NCBI GenBank assembly: GCA_022565935.1
Contig: JADFJY010000001.1
Span: forward strand, 1 to 54,181
Direction: 5' to 3'
Source: Nitrososphaerota archaeon
Lineage (GTDB): Archaea > Thermoproteota > Nitrososphaeria > Nitrososphaerales > Nitrosopumilaceae
DNA length: 54,181 bases
The translations under genes were made by a program, and so were the position numbers. The notes under the pieces are model-generated. The model made no database searches. It had not been told where the DNA came from and was given only the letters and a program-made list of their open reading frames with translations. How positions within the stretch are numbered: position 1 is the stretch's first letter; every line of letters starts with the position of its first letter. Below are positions 29,458 to 38,297 of this stretch, piece after piece.

Positions 29458-30438
29458 TTATTCATTGTATATAGGCTGTACAAGATCTGCTACATCGGCC
29501 CAAGATTGTGCTATTTTTTTAAACATATACACTAAATCAAGAAACTCTATTGGAATCTGTTTTTTATTACCTAATGAAATTCTTAGTTTACCAAGTTTTT
29601 CTTCATATTTTTTATGCAATGATATTGCTTCAATAGCTAAAAGTCTATCAGGTTTTGTAAATGCATTAATAGATTTTTCTGCAAGTTTACTAAAATCCTT
29701 TACTACATCAAAGATTTTTTTTGAATTTTCTTTTGATAATGATGAATTATAAATAGAATTTGAAAGTTCAACAATTGAATCACCTGCATTTTCAAGAAGA
29801 TTTGCAGCAACTCTATAGTCAAGTACATCAATATTTTCTAAATTAAATATATTAGCTAATCTTTTATCGACAAGTGTACTACGTATTAAACGAACAAGTA
29901 AAAAATACTGTCGATTTACTTCAACATCACGATTTGCTAATGTCTGTAAGTTTGATTTATCATCTAAAATTAATCCATTTGATACATCAGTGTACATACC
30001 AAGTGAAATTGAACTCATTCGTTTGAGAATTTTTTCTGGATTTAGTGTTGTTGCATCCAAAAGAAATTGCATGTTAATATGAGATGCATCTTCTTCAATA
30101 ATTTCCATTCCAACTAATCTCCTCGTTGAATTACGAATCTTTTCTCTCTCTTCTCCAGGAACAAATGATTTTGAATTAATCTGAATGATATCATATCCTA
30201 AAAGATAAGCTCCTGTAATGTCAGCTACAATGTTTTCTTCTTTTGGTAACGGATAAGAAATTACAAGTTCTTTTGTTGGGCGTTTTTCTATGTTTGCAGA
30301 AATTGATATGCTACCTTGTCCGGTTTCAATCTCGACTTGATTACCTTTCTCTAGATTATTTGCATCAATCCACTCTTTTGGTAGAGATACTAGTATACTA
30401 CTTCCAATTCTTTGTAGGCGCCGAATAAATTTAGTCAA
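29458..30438 (-). CDS. phoU: Archaeal AbrB-PhoU phosphate uptake regulator
   Basis: RRLQRIGSSILVSLPKEW AbrB domain; AYLLGYD; PhoU helical repeats. Confidence 0.85.
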   Translation of the reverse strand: MTKFIRRLQRIGSSILVSLPKEWIDANNLEKGNQVEIETGQGSISISANIEKRPTKELVISYPLPKEENIVADITGAYLLGYDIIQINSKSFVPGEEREKIRNSTRRLVGMEIIEEDASHINMQFLLDATTLNPEKILKRMSSISLGMYTDVSNGLILDDKSNLQTLANRDVEVNRQYFLLVRLIRSTLVDKRLANIFNLENIDVLDYRVAANLLENAGDSIVELSNSIYNSSLSKENSKKIFDVVKDFSKLAEKSINAFTKPDRLLAIEAISLHKKYEEKLGKLRISLGNKKQIPIEFLDLVYMFKKIAQSWADVADLVQPIYNE

Positions 30439-30503
30439 TTTATACTAGTTTAATTAATTTAAGCCATATTCTTATATTTTGTCTAAAATTTATACTAAGA
30501 TCA

Positions 30504-31415
30504 ATGGAGGCTACGGCATTTTGTCCTGCTCACATTACAGGCTTTTTCAAGGCTCATTTAGATGATAATCAAAGTTCTTTAGAAAATTTAGGTTCTATGG
30601 GAGCTGGATTCTCAATTAAACTAGGAGTTACAACAAGAGTTAAAATTGATACAAGAGATAACCAAAAATCAAACTTTAGAATCACAACAAAGGGATATCA
30701 ATCAGATAAAACAGATGTTTCAGAATTTGTTTTAAATGAATTTTTAAAGATTGGAAAATTTTCAAACAAGTTTTTTCATATTGAACATGAGATATCAATT
30801 CCAGTTGGATATGGTTTAGGTTCTAGTGGTGCAGTTGCATTATCACTATCATATGCATTAGATCAAGCTCTTGAAACAAAATTAGATAAAACAATAATTG
30901 GACAAATTGCACATAATGCAGAAGTTAATTGTAAAACTGGATTAGGTGATGTTTTAGCATCATTTCATGGTGGTTTTGAAATTCGCGTGAAACCTGGGGC
31001 TCCAGGAATTGGTAGTGTTGAAAAAATCTTTACAGAAAAAATTTCTATAATTATGATATGTTTTTCTCCTATTTCTACGAATAAATTCATCAAAGAACAT
31101 TTATCTAAAATTAATGGTCTTGGTGGAAAAATGGTAAATAGATTATTAGAATCAAAAAATTATGAACATTTTCAAGACATGTCATTAGAATTTGCAAAAT
31201 TTGTAGATATTATAACTCCAAAAATGCAAAAATTAGTTAATGAATTATCTGAAAATAATATAAAGTGTGGAATTGCATTTTTTGGAGAGACAATATTTTC
31301 AATGGTTCCAAAAGAAGATGAAAATAAAGTTTTAGAGATTTTACAAAAATATCCAGATGGAATAATTATAAAATCAGAGTTAGATGATAATGGGGCAAGA
31401 GTTCTTTACAATTAA
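30504..31415 (+). CDS. pok: Pantoate kinase (GHMP family)
   Basis: FCPAHITGFF, PVGYGLGSSGA and AH.AEV...TGLGDV motifs. Confidence 0.9.
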   Translation: MEATAFCPAHITGFFKAHLDDNQSSLENLGSMGAGFSIKLGVTTRVKIDTRDNQKSNFRITTKGYQSDKTDVSEFVLNEFLKIGKFSNKFFHIEHEISIPVGYGLGSSGAVALSLSYALDQALETKLDKTIIGQIAHNAEVNCKTGLGDVLASFHGGFEIRVKPGAPGIGSVEKIFTEKISIIMICFSPISTNKFIKEHLSKINGLGGKMVNRLLESKNYEHFQDMSLEFAKFVDIITPKMQKLVNELSENNIKCGIAFFGETIFSMVPKEDENKVLEILQKYPDGIIIKSELDDNGARVLYN

Positions 31416-31425
31416 TTGAAATTAC

Positions 31426-32190
31426 ATGCCTTTAATTCCTAAATCACATCCGAGAGCTAAATCACTTTTAATTCGTGAAAAACTAGTAAGTGGATTTAAT
31501 AATGGATTAGTTGCAAAAGAAGGTCTCTTGGCTCAAGGGCGAGGAGAAGCTTTTGATTATCTGTTAGGAGAAAAAACAGGGAAGGCTGCAAAACAAGCCA
31601 TTAAGGCTGCAGCTGCACAACTTCTTTTGGCTGATTTACCTGTAATCTCTGTTAATGGAAATATAGCAGCATTATGTCCCAAACAAATCGTAAGACTGTC
31701 AAAACAAATCAAAGCAAAACTTGAGGTGAATTTGTTTTATGCTAACAAAAAGAGACAACAAGCAATAATTAAGACTCTTAGAAGGAATGGTGCAAGAGAG
31801 ATTTTAGGTACAAGCCAGACTTCATCTACAAAACTATCAGATATTGATTCAGCTAGACGAATTGTTGATAAAAATGGAATTTTTGCAGCTGATGTTGTGG
31901 TTGTACCATTAGAAGATGGAGACAGAACAATAGCTCTCAGAAAAGCAGGAAAAATTGTTATCACATTTGATCTAAATCCTCTTTCTAGAACTTCACAGAC
32001 AGCCAACATTACAATTGTTGATAATGTCACACGTGCAATTGATTTGTTAATTGATGAATCTAAAAAACTATCTAAAAAGAATCGAAAAATTCTTCAGAAA
32101 ATTATCAATAATTTTGATAATAAGAAAAATCTTACAGAAAATGTAATTCAAATAAAAAATAATCTTACAAGGAGAGCCAGAGTTGCATAA
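31426..32190 (+). CDS. pps: 4-phosphopantoate--beta-alanine ligase (phosphopantothenate synthetase)
   Basis: SHPR, GRGEAFDYLLGE, VPLEDGDR and DLNPLSRT motifs. Confidence 0.93.
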   Translation: MPLIPKSHPRAKSLLIREKLVSGFNNGLVAKEGLLAQGRGEAFDYLLGEKTGKAAKQAIKAAAAQLLLADLPVISVNGNIAALCPKQIVRLSKQIKAKLEVNLFYANKKRQQAIIKTLRRNGAREILGTSQTSSTKLSDIDSARRIVDKNGIFAADVVVVPLEDGDRTIALRKAGKIVITFDLNPLSRTSQTANITIVDNVTRAIDLLIDESKKLSKKNRKILQKIINNFDNKKNLTENVIQIKNNLTRRARVA

Positions 32191-33022
32191 AACAGTATTA
32201 GATATTCTAAACATGAAAAAAGAAAAGAAGAAAATTTCAGTAATTACAAGTTATGATTATACTCTGGCTTCTTTATGTGATAAATCAGGAATTGATGTAT
32301 TGTTAGTTGGTGATAGTGCAGGAATGGTAATGCTTGGTTATGAAAATACAATTCCTGTAACAATGGATCAAATGTGTATGTTTACAGAAGCAGTTAGTAG
32401 AGCAAGAGAAAATTCGTTACTAGTATCTGATTTACCATTTATGTCATACCAAGCAAGTATAGAAGATGCCATCAATAATTCTGGTAGACTAATCAAAGCA
32501 GGAGCTGATGCAGTAAAACTTGAAGGAGGTTCAATTATGGCTGAAACAATTAGTGCCATAGTTGATGTTGGAATTCCAGTAATGGGCCATATTGGATTAC
32601 AACCTCAAACAACAATATTATCACAAGGATACAAAGTACAAGGAAAAACAAAAGATACAGCGATGAGATTAATCGAGGATGCAAAAGAGCTTGAAGAAGC
32701 TGGTGTGTTTAGTATTACATTAGAAATGGTTAGTCATGAAGTTGCAGAGATAATTTCTGAAACTGTCAGTGTTCCCACAATAGGAATTGGTTCAGGAGTA
32801 AATTGTGATGGACAAGTACTAGTTGTTCAAGATTTGTTAGGAATGTACGATAAGATAAAACCAAAGTTTGCAAAAAGATACATGAATTTATCTGAAGATA
32901 TTGTAAAATCTCTTGAGAATTACAAAAAAGATGTAGAATCAGGCGTGTTTCCATCAGAAAAAAACTGGTTTTCAATGGATGATAAAGAATTAAAAAAATT
33001 ACGTGATCAAATTGGTAGTTAA
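32183..33022 (+). CDS. panB: Ketopantoate hydroxymethyltransferase
   Basis: LVGDS, DLPFMSY, VKLEGG and GHIGLQPQ motifs. Confidence 0.96.
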   Translation: MHKTVLDILNMKKEKKKISVITSYDYTLASLCDKSGIDVLLVGDSAGMVMLGYENTIPVTMDQMCMFTEAVSRARENSLLVSDLPFMSYQASIEDAINNSGRLIKAGADAVKLEGGSIMAETISAIVDVGIPVMGHIGLQPQTTILSQGYKVQGKTKDTAMRLIEDAKELEEAGVFSITLEMVSHEVAEIISETVSVPTIGIGSGVNCDGQVLVVQDLLGMYDKIKPKFAKRYMNLSEDIVKSLENYKKDVESGVFPSEKNWFSMDDKELKKLRDQIGS

Positions 33023-34265
33023 AAAAAAAATAAAGAAAAAAGATCATCCATCATTAGATATTGTTAGTTCACATGGTGTAGAATTATCAGAAAAAAGAAT
33101 TGTACTCTGTGTTGCAGGAAGTGTTGCAGCATACAAAGCAATAGAACTTGCAAGATTACTTATGAGACATGGTGCAGATGTTACATGTGTCGTAAGTAAT
33201 GCAGCTACAAAATTAATACAGCCTGACTATTTCAAATGGGCTACAGGAAATAAAGTAATTACAAAACTTACAGGCGAACTTGAACATATTAGATTAGCAG
33301 ATTATAATCAATCAGATCTAGTAATTGTATATCCTGCAACTGCAAATACATTAGGAAAATTAGCAAATGGAATTGATGATACACCAATTTCCACTATACT
33401 TACTGTAGGATTTGGATCAAAAATTCCAATCTTGATGTGTTTAGCTATGCATGAATCAATGTATGATAATTTAGCTGTAAAAAAGAACATAGAATTTCTA
33501 AAAAATAAAATTGAATTTCTTGCACCACAAATGATTGAAGGAAAAGCTAAAGCTTCAGAACCAGAAGAGGTATTAGAATATGTTTTAAAGAAATTTGGAT
33601 TCATATCAACATTAAAGAATAAAAAAGTGTTAATGACTGCAGGTCCAACAATTGAACACATAGATCCTGTACGAGTAATAACAAATCAAAGTACAGGAAA
33701 AACAGGTGTTAGTTTAGCATCTGAATTAATTTCTGCAGGAGCCAAAGTTACTTTTGTTTATGGTCCTGGAGTAGAAAAACCACCAAAGGGTGCAAAGATT
33801 ATCAATGTTTCATCTAGCAAAGAAATGCACAATGCTGTTAAAACAGAATTAAAGAAAAAATTTGATATTGTAATTATGGCTGCAGCAGTTGCAGATTATG
33901 TTCCAACAAATCCAAGCAAAAATAAGATCAAAAGTTCCAAAAATAAGATAAAAATTAGCCTCAAAAAAGTACCAAAAATTATAGATCAAATCAAAAAATA
34001 TCAAAAAAATGTATTACTAGTAGGTTTTAAGGCAGAGACGAATCTCACAAAAAATCAATTAATCAAATCTGCTCAAAAAAAATTAAAAGAATCATCTTCA
34101 GATATGATAGTAGCAAACGATATTGGTTCATCAAGATACAAAAAAAATCCTCAAAATAATCAAGTAATCATTGTAGATTCAAAGAAAGTTGTTGTATCAG
34201 GATGGATGAAAAAACAAAGGATTGCAAAGTTTATCAAAAAACAAATTGAATTAAAAATAAAATGA
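33003..34265 (+). CDS. coaBC: Bifunctional phosphopantothenoylcysteine decarboxylase/ligase
   Basis: GSVAAYK, PATAN, TAGPT.E.IDPVR, AAVADY and GFKAET motifs. Confidence 0.95.
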   Translation: MIKLVVKKKIKKKDHPSLDIVSSHGVELSEKRIVLCVAGSVAAYKAIELARLLMRHGADVTCVVSNAATKLIQPDYFKWATGNKVITKLTGELEHIRLADYNQSDLVIVYPATANTLGKLANGIDDTPISTILTVGFGSKIPILMCLAMHESMYDNLAVKKNIEFLKNKIEFLAPQMIEGKAKASEPEEVLEYVLKKFGFISTLKNKKVLMTAGPTIEHIDPVRVITNQSTGKTGVSLASELISAGAKVTFVYGPGVEKPPKGAKIINVSSSKEMHNAVKTELKKKFDIVIMAAAVADYVPTNPSKNKIKSSKNKIKISLKKVPKIIDQIKKYQKNVLLVGFKAETNLTKNQLIKSAQKKLKESSSDMIVANDIGSSRYKKNPQNNQVIIVDSKKVVVSGWMKKQRIAKFIKKQIELKIK

Positions 34266-34429
34266 AAAAATCAGAACTTCGAAAACTAATTGCAGAATAT
34301 AAAAAAATTGAATTAAAATTAAAAAAATTAAAGGATAAAAAATTCCAAGAAAAATTAGGTCAAATTGAACATAGATACTATCATGAAACTGGCAGAATGT
34401 TAAAATCTGATCTTGAAAAGATTACATAA
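34262..34429 (+). CDS. 55-aa basic helical micro-protein coupled to coaBC
   Basis: Hand translation MKKSELRKLIAEYKKIELKLKKLKDKKFQEKLGQIEHRYYHETGRMLKSDLEKIT; ATGA overlap with the coaBC stop. Confidence 0.65.
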   Translation: MKKSELRKLIAEYKKIELKLKKLKDKKFQEKLGQIEHRYYHETGRMLKSDLEKIT

Positions 34430-34446
34430 AATACGTCATAGATTAA

Positions 34447-35301
34447 GTGATTCTACAAATGAAACTCAAACATTTTGAATATAAACAAAGAAACATGAAA
34501 ATTTGGAATGAGGTTGCACCTCGTTATCATAAAAGATGGGCCAGTGTATGTATAGGACCATTTCAAAGTACTTCAAAGTTAATAGAATTAGTGGACATCA
34601 ACAAAGGTGACACAGTATTAGATATTGCATGTGGTACTGGTGTAGTAACAAAAAAAATTCGAAAAAAAATTGGCAATGTAGGATATGTAGTAGGTGTTGA
34701 CACTTCCATTATTGCAATTAAAATAGCAAAAAAGTGGAATGAAAGAAAAACAAATTTAGATTTTGTAAATATAGATGCAGAAAAATTTTATTTTTCAAAA
34801 AAATTTGATATTGTTACTTGTCAATATGCATTGTTCTTTTTTCCAAATGCCCAAAAAGCACTAAAAAATATGAGAAATAGCCTCAAAAAATCAGGTAAAA
34901 TAGGAATTTCAGTTCACGGAAGTAAAGATAGAGTTCCTTTTTTTAGTAGTATTTTAGATTCAGTAACTCAGTATATTCCAGATTATATCCCTCCTGGTTC
35001 ACCAAACCTCGATAGATTTGGTACAAAGTCTGCATTAAGAGAAGAGATCAGTAAAGCAGGATTCTCAAAGATATCTATACAAGAATTTATTTTTTATTAT
35101 AGTCCTGGAAAATTTGAAGACTATTGGAAAAATTATATTAAATACATTGCAAAACCATTAAAAGAAAAGCTAGATGCATTAGAAAATTCAAAAAGAAAAG
35201 AATTGAAGAAGTTAGTAAAAGAAAAAACAATTCAATATACAAAGAAAAATGGTAAAATTATTTTTCCATGGCAAGTTTTAATTTTAACTGCAAAATACTA
35301 G
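34447..35301 (+). CDS. Class I SAM-dependent methyltransferase (UbiE-like)
   Basis: VLDIACGTG motif I; FDIVTC. Confidence 0.88.
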   Translation: MILQMKLKHFEYKQRNMKIWNEVAPRYHKRWASVCIGPFQSTSKLIELVDINKGDTVLDIACGTGVVTKKIRKKIGNVGYVVGVDTSIIAIKIAKKWNERKTNLDFVNIDAEKFYFSKKFDIVTCQYALFFFPNAQKALKNMRNSLKKSGKIGISVHGSKDRVPFFSSILDSVTQYIPDYIPPGSPNLDRFGTKSALREEISKAGFSKISIQEFIFYYSPGKFEDYWKNYIKYIAKPLKEKLDALENSKRKELKKLVKEKTIQYTKKNGKIIFPWQVLILTAKY

Positions 35302-35317
35302 AGATTCGGAGAAAAAG

Positions 35318-35800
35318 ATGGGTAAAGATAGAAAAGAGAAAGAAAAAAAACCAAAAAAATCTGATTTTAAAGCATTTCTTAGAAAAAGAGCACCAATTTA
35401 TCTTGGTATCATGGGATTATTCATTCTATTTGTAGTTCCTGATTTGATGAAAGGGGATTTAGAAAGTAGTTTCCCAGAACTTACATCTGAAGAACAACAA
35501 GTTATTGATATCTTAATGAAATATGATGGACCAAATGATTCTGGATTAACTGTAATGGATGCAATTTCAATGAAAATAGATGAAAAATACCCAGATGAAA
35601 AAATTTATGATAACAAAAAAACCAAAGTTGAATTAACTATATCAAATATTAATTCAGAAGAGTACCAAGTTGTTTTAAATTTCAAGTCACACAAAGGGGA
35701 AATGAATTATGATTGGAATGTAAACGTGAGTTCTGAGAAAATTACATCAAATAATCAAGAATCAAAATACATAATTAATTTAGTAGATTTTTATGATTAG
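35318..35800 (+). CDS. Hypothetical single-TM protein
   Basis: Basic N-terminus, one TM, acidic ectodomain. Confidence 0.75.
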   Translation: MGKDRKEKEKKPKKSDFKAFLRKRAPIYLGIMGLFILFVVPDLMKGDLESSFPELTSEEQQVIDILMKYDGPNDSGLTVMDAISMKIDEKYPDEKIYDNKKTKVELTISNINSEEYQVVLNFKSHKGEMNYDWNVNVSSEKITSNNQESKYIINLVDFYD

Positions 35801-35802
35801 CC

Positions 35803-36867
35803 TCAAATTGTGACTAAATCTTTAGTAAATTTGTGCATCACAATAGGTTGATTTCTTACAATTAACGAATCCTCTATTCGAATTCCAAATTTATTTTTAA
35901 TATAGATTCCAGGTTCTACGGTAATTGCCATGTTTTCTTTTAATTTTATTTCACTTTGATATGAAACAGTTGGAAGCTCATGTACTTCTAATCCAATTCC
36001 ATGACCGGTAGAATGAATAAAGTATTGACCATAGTTATTTTCTTCAATGTATTTTCTACAGGCAGAATCTACATCTTTACAATTTGCATTTGGTTTAACA
36101 GCTTTTAAACCAAGTTTTTGAGATTCTTTAACGATTTCATATGCTTCATTTACTTGAGTTGAAATTTTTCCTACTGCAAATGTTCTAGTTGCATCAGAAA
36201 CATATCCTTTGTATCTCAGTGTAAGATCAGTAACTACAAGATCTCCTTTTTTGAATTTTCTCTGAGATACTTGAGCATGAGGTAGAGCTCCATTAGGACC
36301 TCCAGCAATAATTAGAGGATTTAGTGTAGATTTGTATCCAGTATCAAACATTTGCTGTTCCATTGCATATACCATCAAAATTGTTTGTAATTCTGATTCT
36401 TTTTGACCCACTTTCATTGTTTTCGAACAAATATCGAACATTTCATCTATGATTTTAGAAGCTTTTTTGAGTATTTGGATTTCTTTTTCATCTTTAATTA
36501 TACGAGAATTATAAAATGGTTCTGTAGATGATTTAATTTTTGGAATTGATTTTTTCAGAGACATCATGGTAGAATAGTTTTGGCAATCAGTACAAACCTG
36601 ATTTTTCTTAATTTTTTCTATAAGCGAAGAGATCAAACCAGTTCCACGTTCCGCTGTAATTACATCACAGTCTTGAGATTCTCCTTTTGCTCTTCCCACT
36701 TCAAGTTCTGGAGCAATGATAGTTGTTTTTCCATTTTTTTCAAGCAATCCTATTGCCTCACCCCAAAATCCAGTCATGTAAAACAAATTTTCAGGCTCAA
36801 ACGTGACTAGTGTATCACAGCCGATCTTTTGTGCATATTTTAAAAGATTTTTTCTACGCTGTTTCAT
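35803..36867 (-). CDS. Xaa-Pro aminopeptidase/dipeptidase (M24B)
   Basis: SDATRT, HSTGHGIGLEVHE, EPGIY and GIRIED motifs. Confidence 0.93.
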   Translation of the reverse strand: MKQRRKNLLKYAQKIGCDTLVTFEPENLFYMTGFWGEAIGLLEKNGKTTIIAPELEVGRAKGESQDCDVITAERGTGLISSLIEKIKKNQVCTDCQNYSTMMSLKKSIPKIKSSTEPFYNSRIIKDEKEIQILKKASKIIDEMFDICSKTMKVGQKESELQTILMVYAMEQQMFDTGYKSTLNPLIIAGGPNGALPHAQVSQRKFKKGDLVVTDLTLRYKGYVSDATRTFAVGKISTQVNEAYEIVKESQKLGLKAVKPNANCKDVDSACRKYIEENNYGQYFIHSTGHGIGLEVHELPTVSYQSEIKLKENMAITVEPGIYIKNKFGIRIEDSLIVRNQPIVMHKFTKDLVTI

Positions 36868-36938
36868 ACAAAAAAATCTCTGTTTCTCAATTTATGTATG
36901 ATGTAAAGTTTGTATATGCAAATTTTGATTGGATCTTT

Positions 36939-37946
36939 ATGACAGAAGAAAAGAAGAAAGTCGTTGCATTACTATCAGGAGGATTAGATAGTCAACTTGC
37001 AGTAAGAATGATGCAAGAGCAAGGTTTTGAAGTTTCAGCTGTTGCAATAAAAACTCCTTTTTGTGATTTTGATTGTGGGAGAGGATGTGGGTTTGAAATT
37101 AGAGAAAGAGCTGATGATCTTAATATTAATTTAAAGACAGTTTATCTTGGTGATGAATACATTGAGATGTTAAAACATCCAAAACATGGAATTGGTGCTG
37201 GTTTTAATCCATGTGTTGATTGCAGAACTATGATGTTTGATGCTGCAAAAAAACACATGGAAGAAATTGGTGCAGAATTTATTATTTCAGGTGAAGTATT
37301 AGGTCAACGCCCAATGAGTCAACATGCATCATCATTACATATTATTGAAAAAGAATCAAATTTAACTGGAAAAATTGTTAGACCGTTATCTGCTGGATTA
37401 TTACCACCAACAGATGCTGAAAAAGATGGTTTGATCAAAAGAGAAAATCTTGGAATGATTAAAGGAAGACAAAGAAAAATTCAAATACAAATGGCTAAAG
37501 AATATGGAATTGAAAATCCACCAAATGCAGGTGGTGGTTGTCTATTAACAGAGCCACAATTTGGAATTAAAGCTAAAGATTTGTTTGATCATATGGAAAC
37601 TCCAACAATTAATGAAATTGATTTGTTAAAAATTGGAAGACATTTTAGGTTAGATGAAGAAACAAAATTTGTTGTAGGAAGAAATAAAGATGAAAATGAA
37701 ATGATTAAAGCATTAGCGTTACCTGGTGATATTTTACTTGAAGCTAAAGATTACGTAGGACCAGTTTCAATTTTACGTGGTAAGAATGCAAAGTTACATG
37801 TAGAATTTGCATCAGCTGTAACTCTAAGATATTCAGATGCACCAAAAACTGAACACAGTATTGTTTCTGTTAAAAATAGAGATTCAACTGATGAAGTTAG
37901 TTCAGAATGTGCAGAAGAGCAATCTTACATTAAATTCAGAATGTAG
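36939..37946 (+). CDS. PP-loop tRNA-thiolase-like protein (ThiI/MnmA-like, DUF814-associated); start reassigned to MTEEK
   Basis: SGGLDS PP-loop; CVDC, GEVLGQRPMSQ, GGCLLT and GRHFRL motifs. Confidence 0.8.
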   Translation: MTEEKKKVVALLSGGLDSQLAVRMMQEQGFEVSAVAIKTPFCDFDCGRGCGFEIRERADDLNINLKTVYLGDEYIEMLKHPKHGIGAGFNPCVDCRTMMFDAAKKHMEEIGAEFIISGEVLGQRPMSQHASSLHIIEKESNLTGKIVRPLSAGLLPPTDAEKDGLIKRENLGMIKGRQRKIQIQMAKEYGIENPPNAGGGCLLTEPQFGIKAKDLFDHMETPTINEIDLLKIGRHFRLDEETKFVVGRNKDENEMIKALALPGDILLEAKDYVGPVSILRGKNAKLHVEFASAVTLRYSDAPKTEHSIVSVKNRDSTDEVSSECAEEQSYIKFRM

Positions 37947-38018
37947 GCGTAAAAAAATTTAAAATTAGTTAGTATTAAGGAAGAGTTTTTGAATGAGTAG
38001 ATCAGATTTTCAACAAGG

Positions 38019-38297
38019 ATGCAAAAACAAGAAAGCCCAACGTATCTAAAGGCCATAACAATTAGAGACATCAGTGATATTCATTCTATCAAAGAAGATA
38101 TCAAAAAAGGAATGATTTTGATTTTAAGGGTTACACCATTAGCACAAAAGGATGTAGAACAACTTCGTAAAGTAGTTGAAGAATTATATTCTATTGCAAA
38201 AACAGCTGGTGCAGATATTGCAAGATTAGGAGAGGAACGAATTATTATTGCTCCATCTAACATAAAGATCTGGAAACCAGAATACGATCTAAAATAA
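38019..38297 (+). CDS. sepF: Archaeal SepF-like protein
   Basis: Core SepF pattern IKEDIKKGMILIL...GADIARLGEERIIIAPSNIKI. Confidence 0.8.
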   Translation: MQKQESPTYLKAITIRDISDIHSIKEDIKKGMILILRVTPLAQKDVEQLRKVVEELYSIAKTAGADIARLGEERIIIAPSNIKIWKPEYDLK

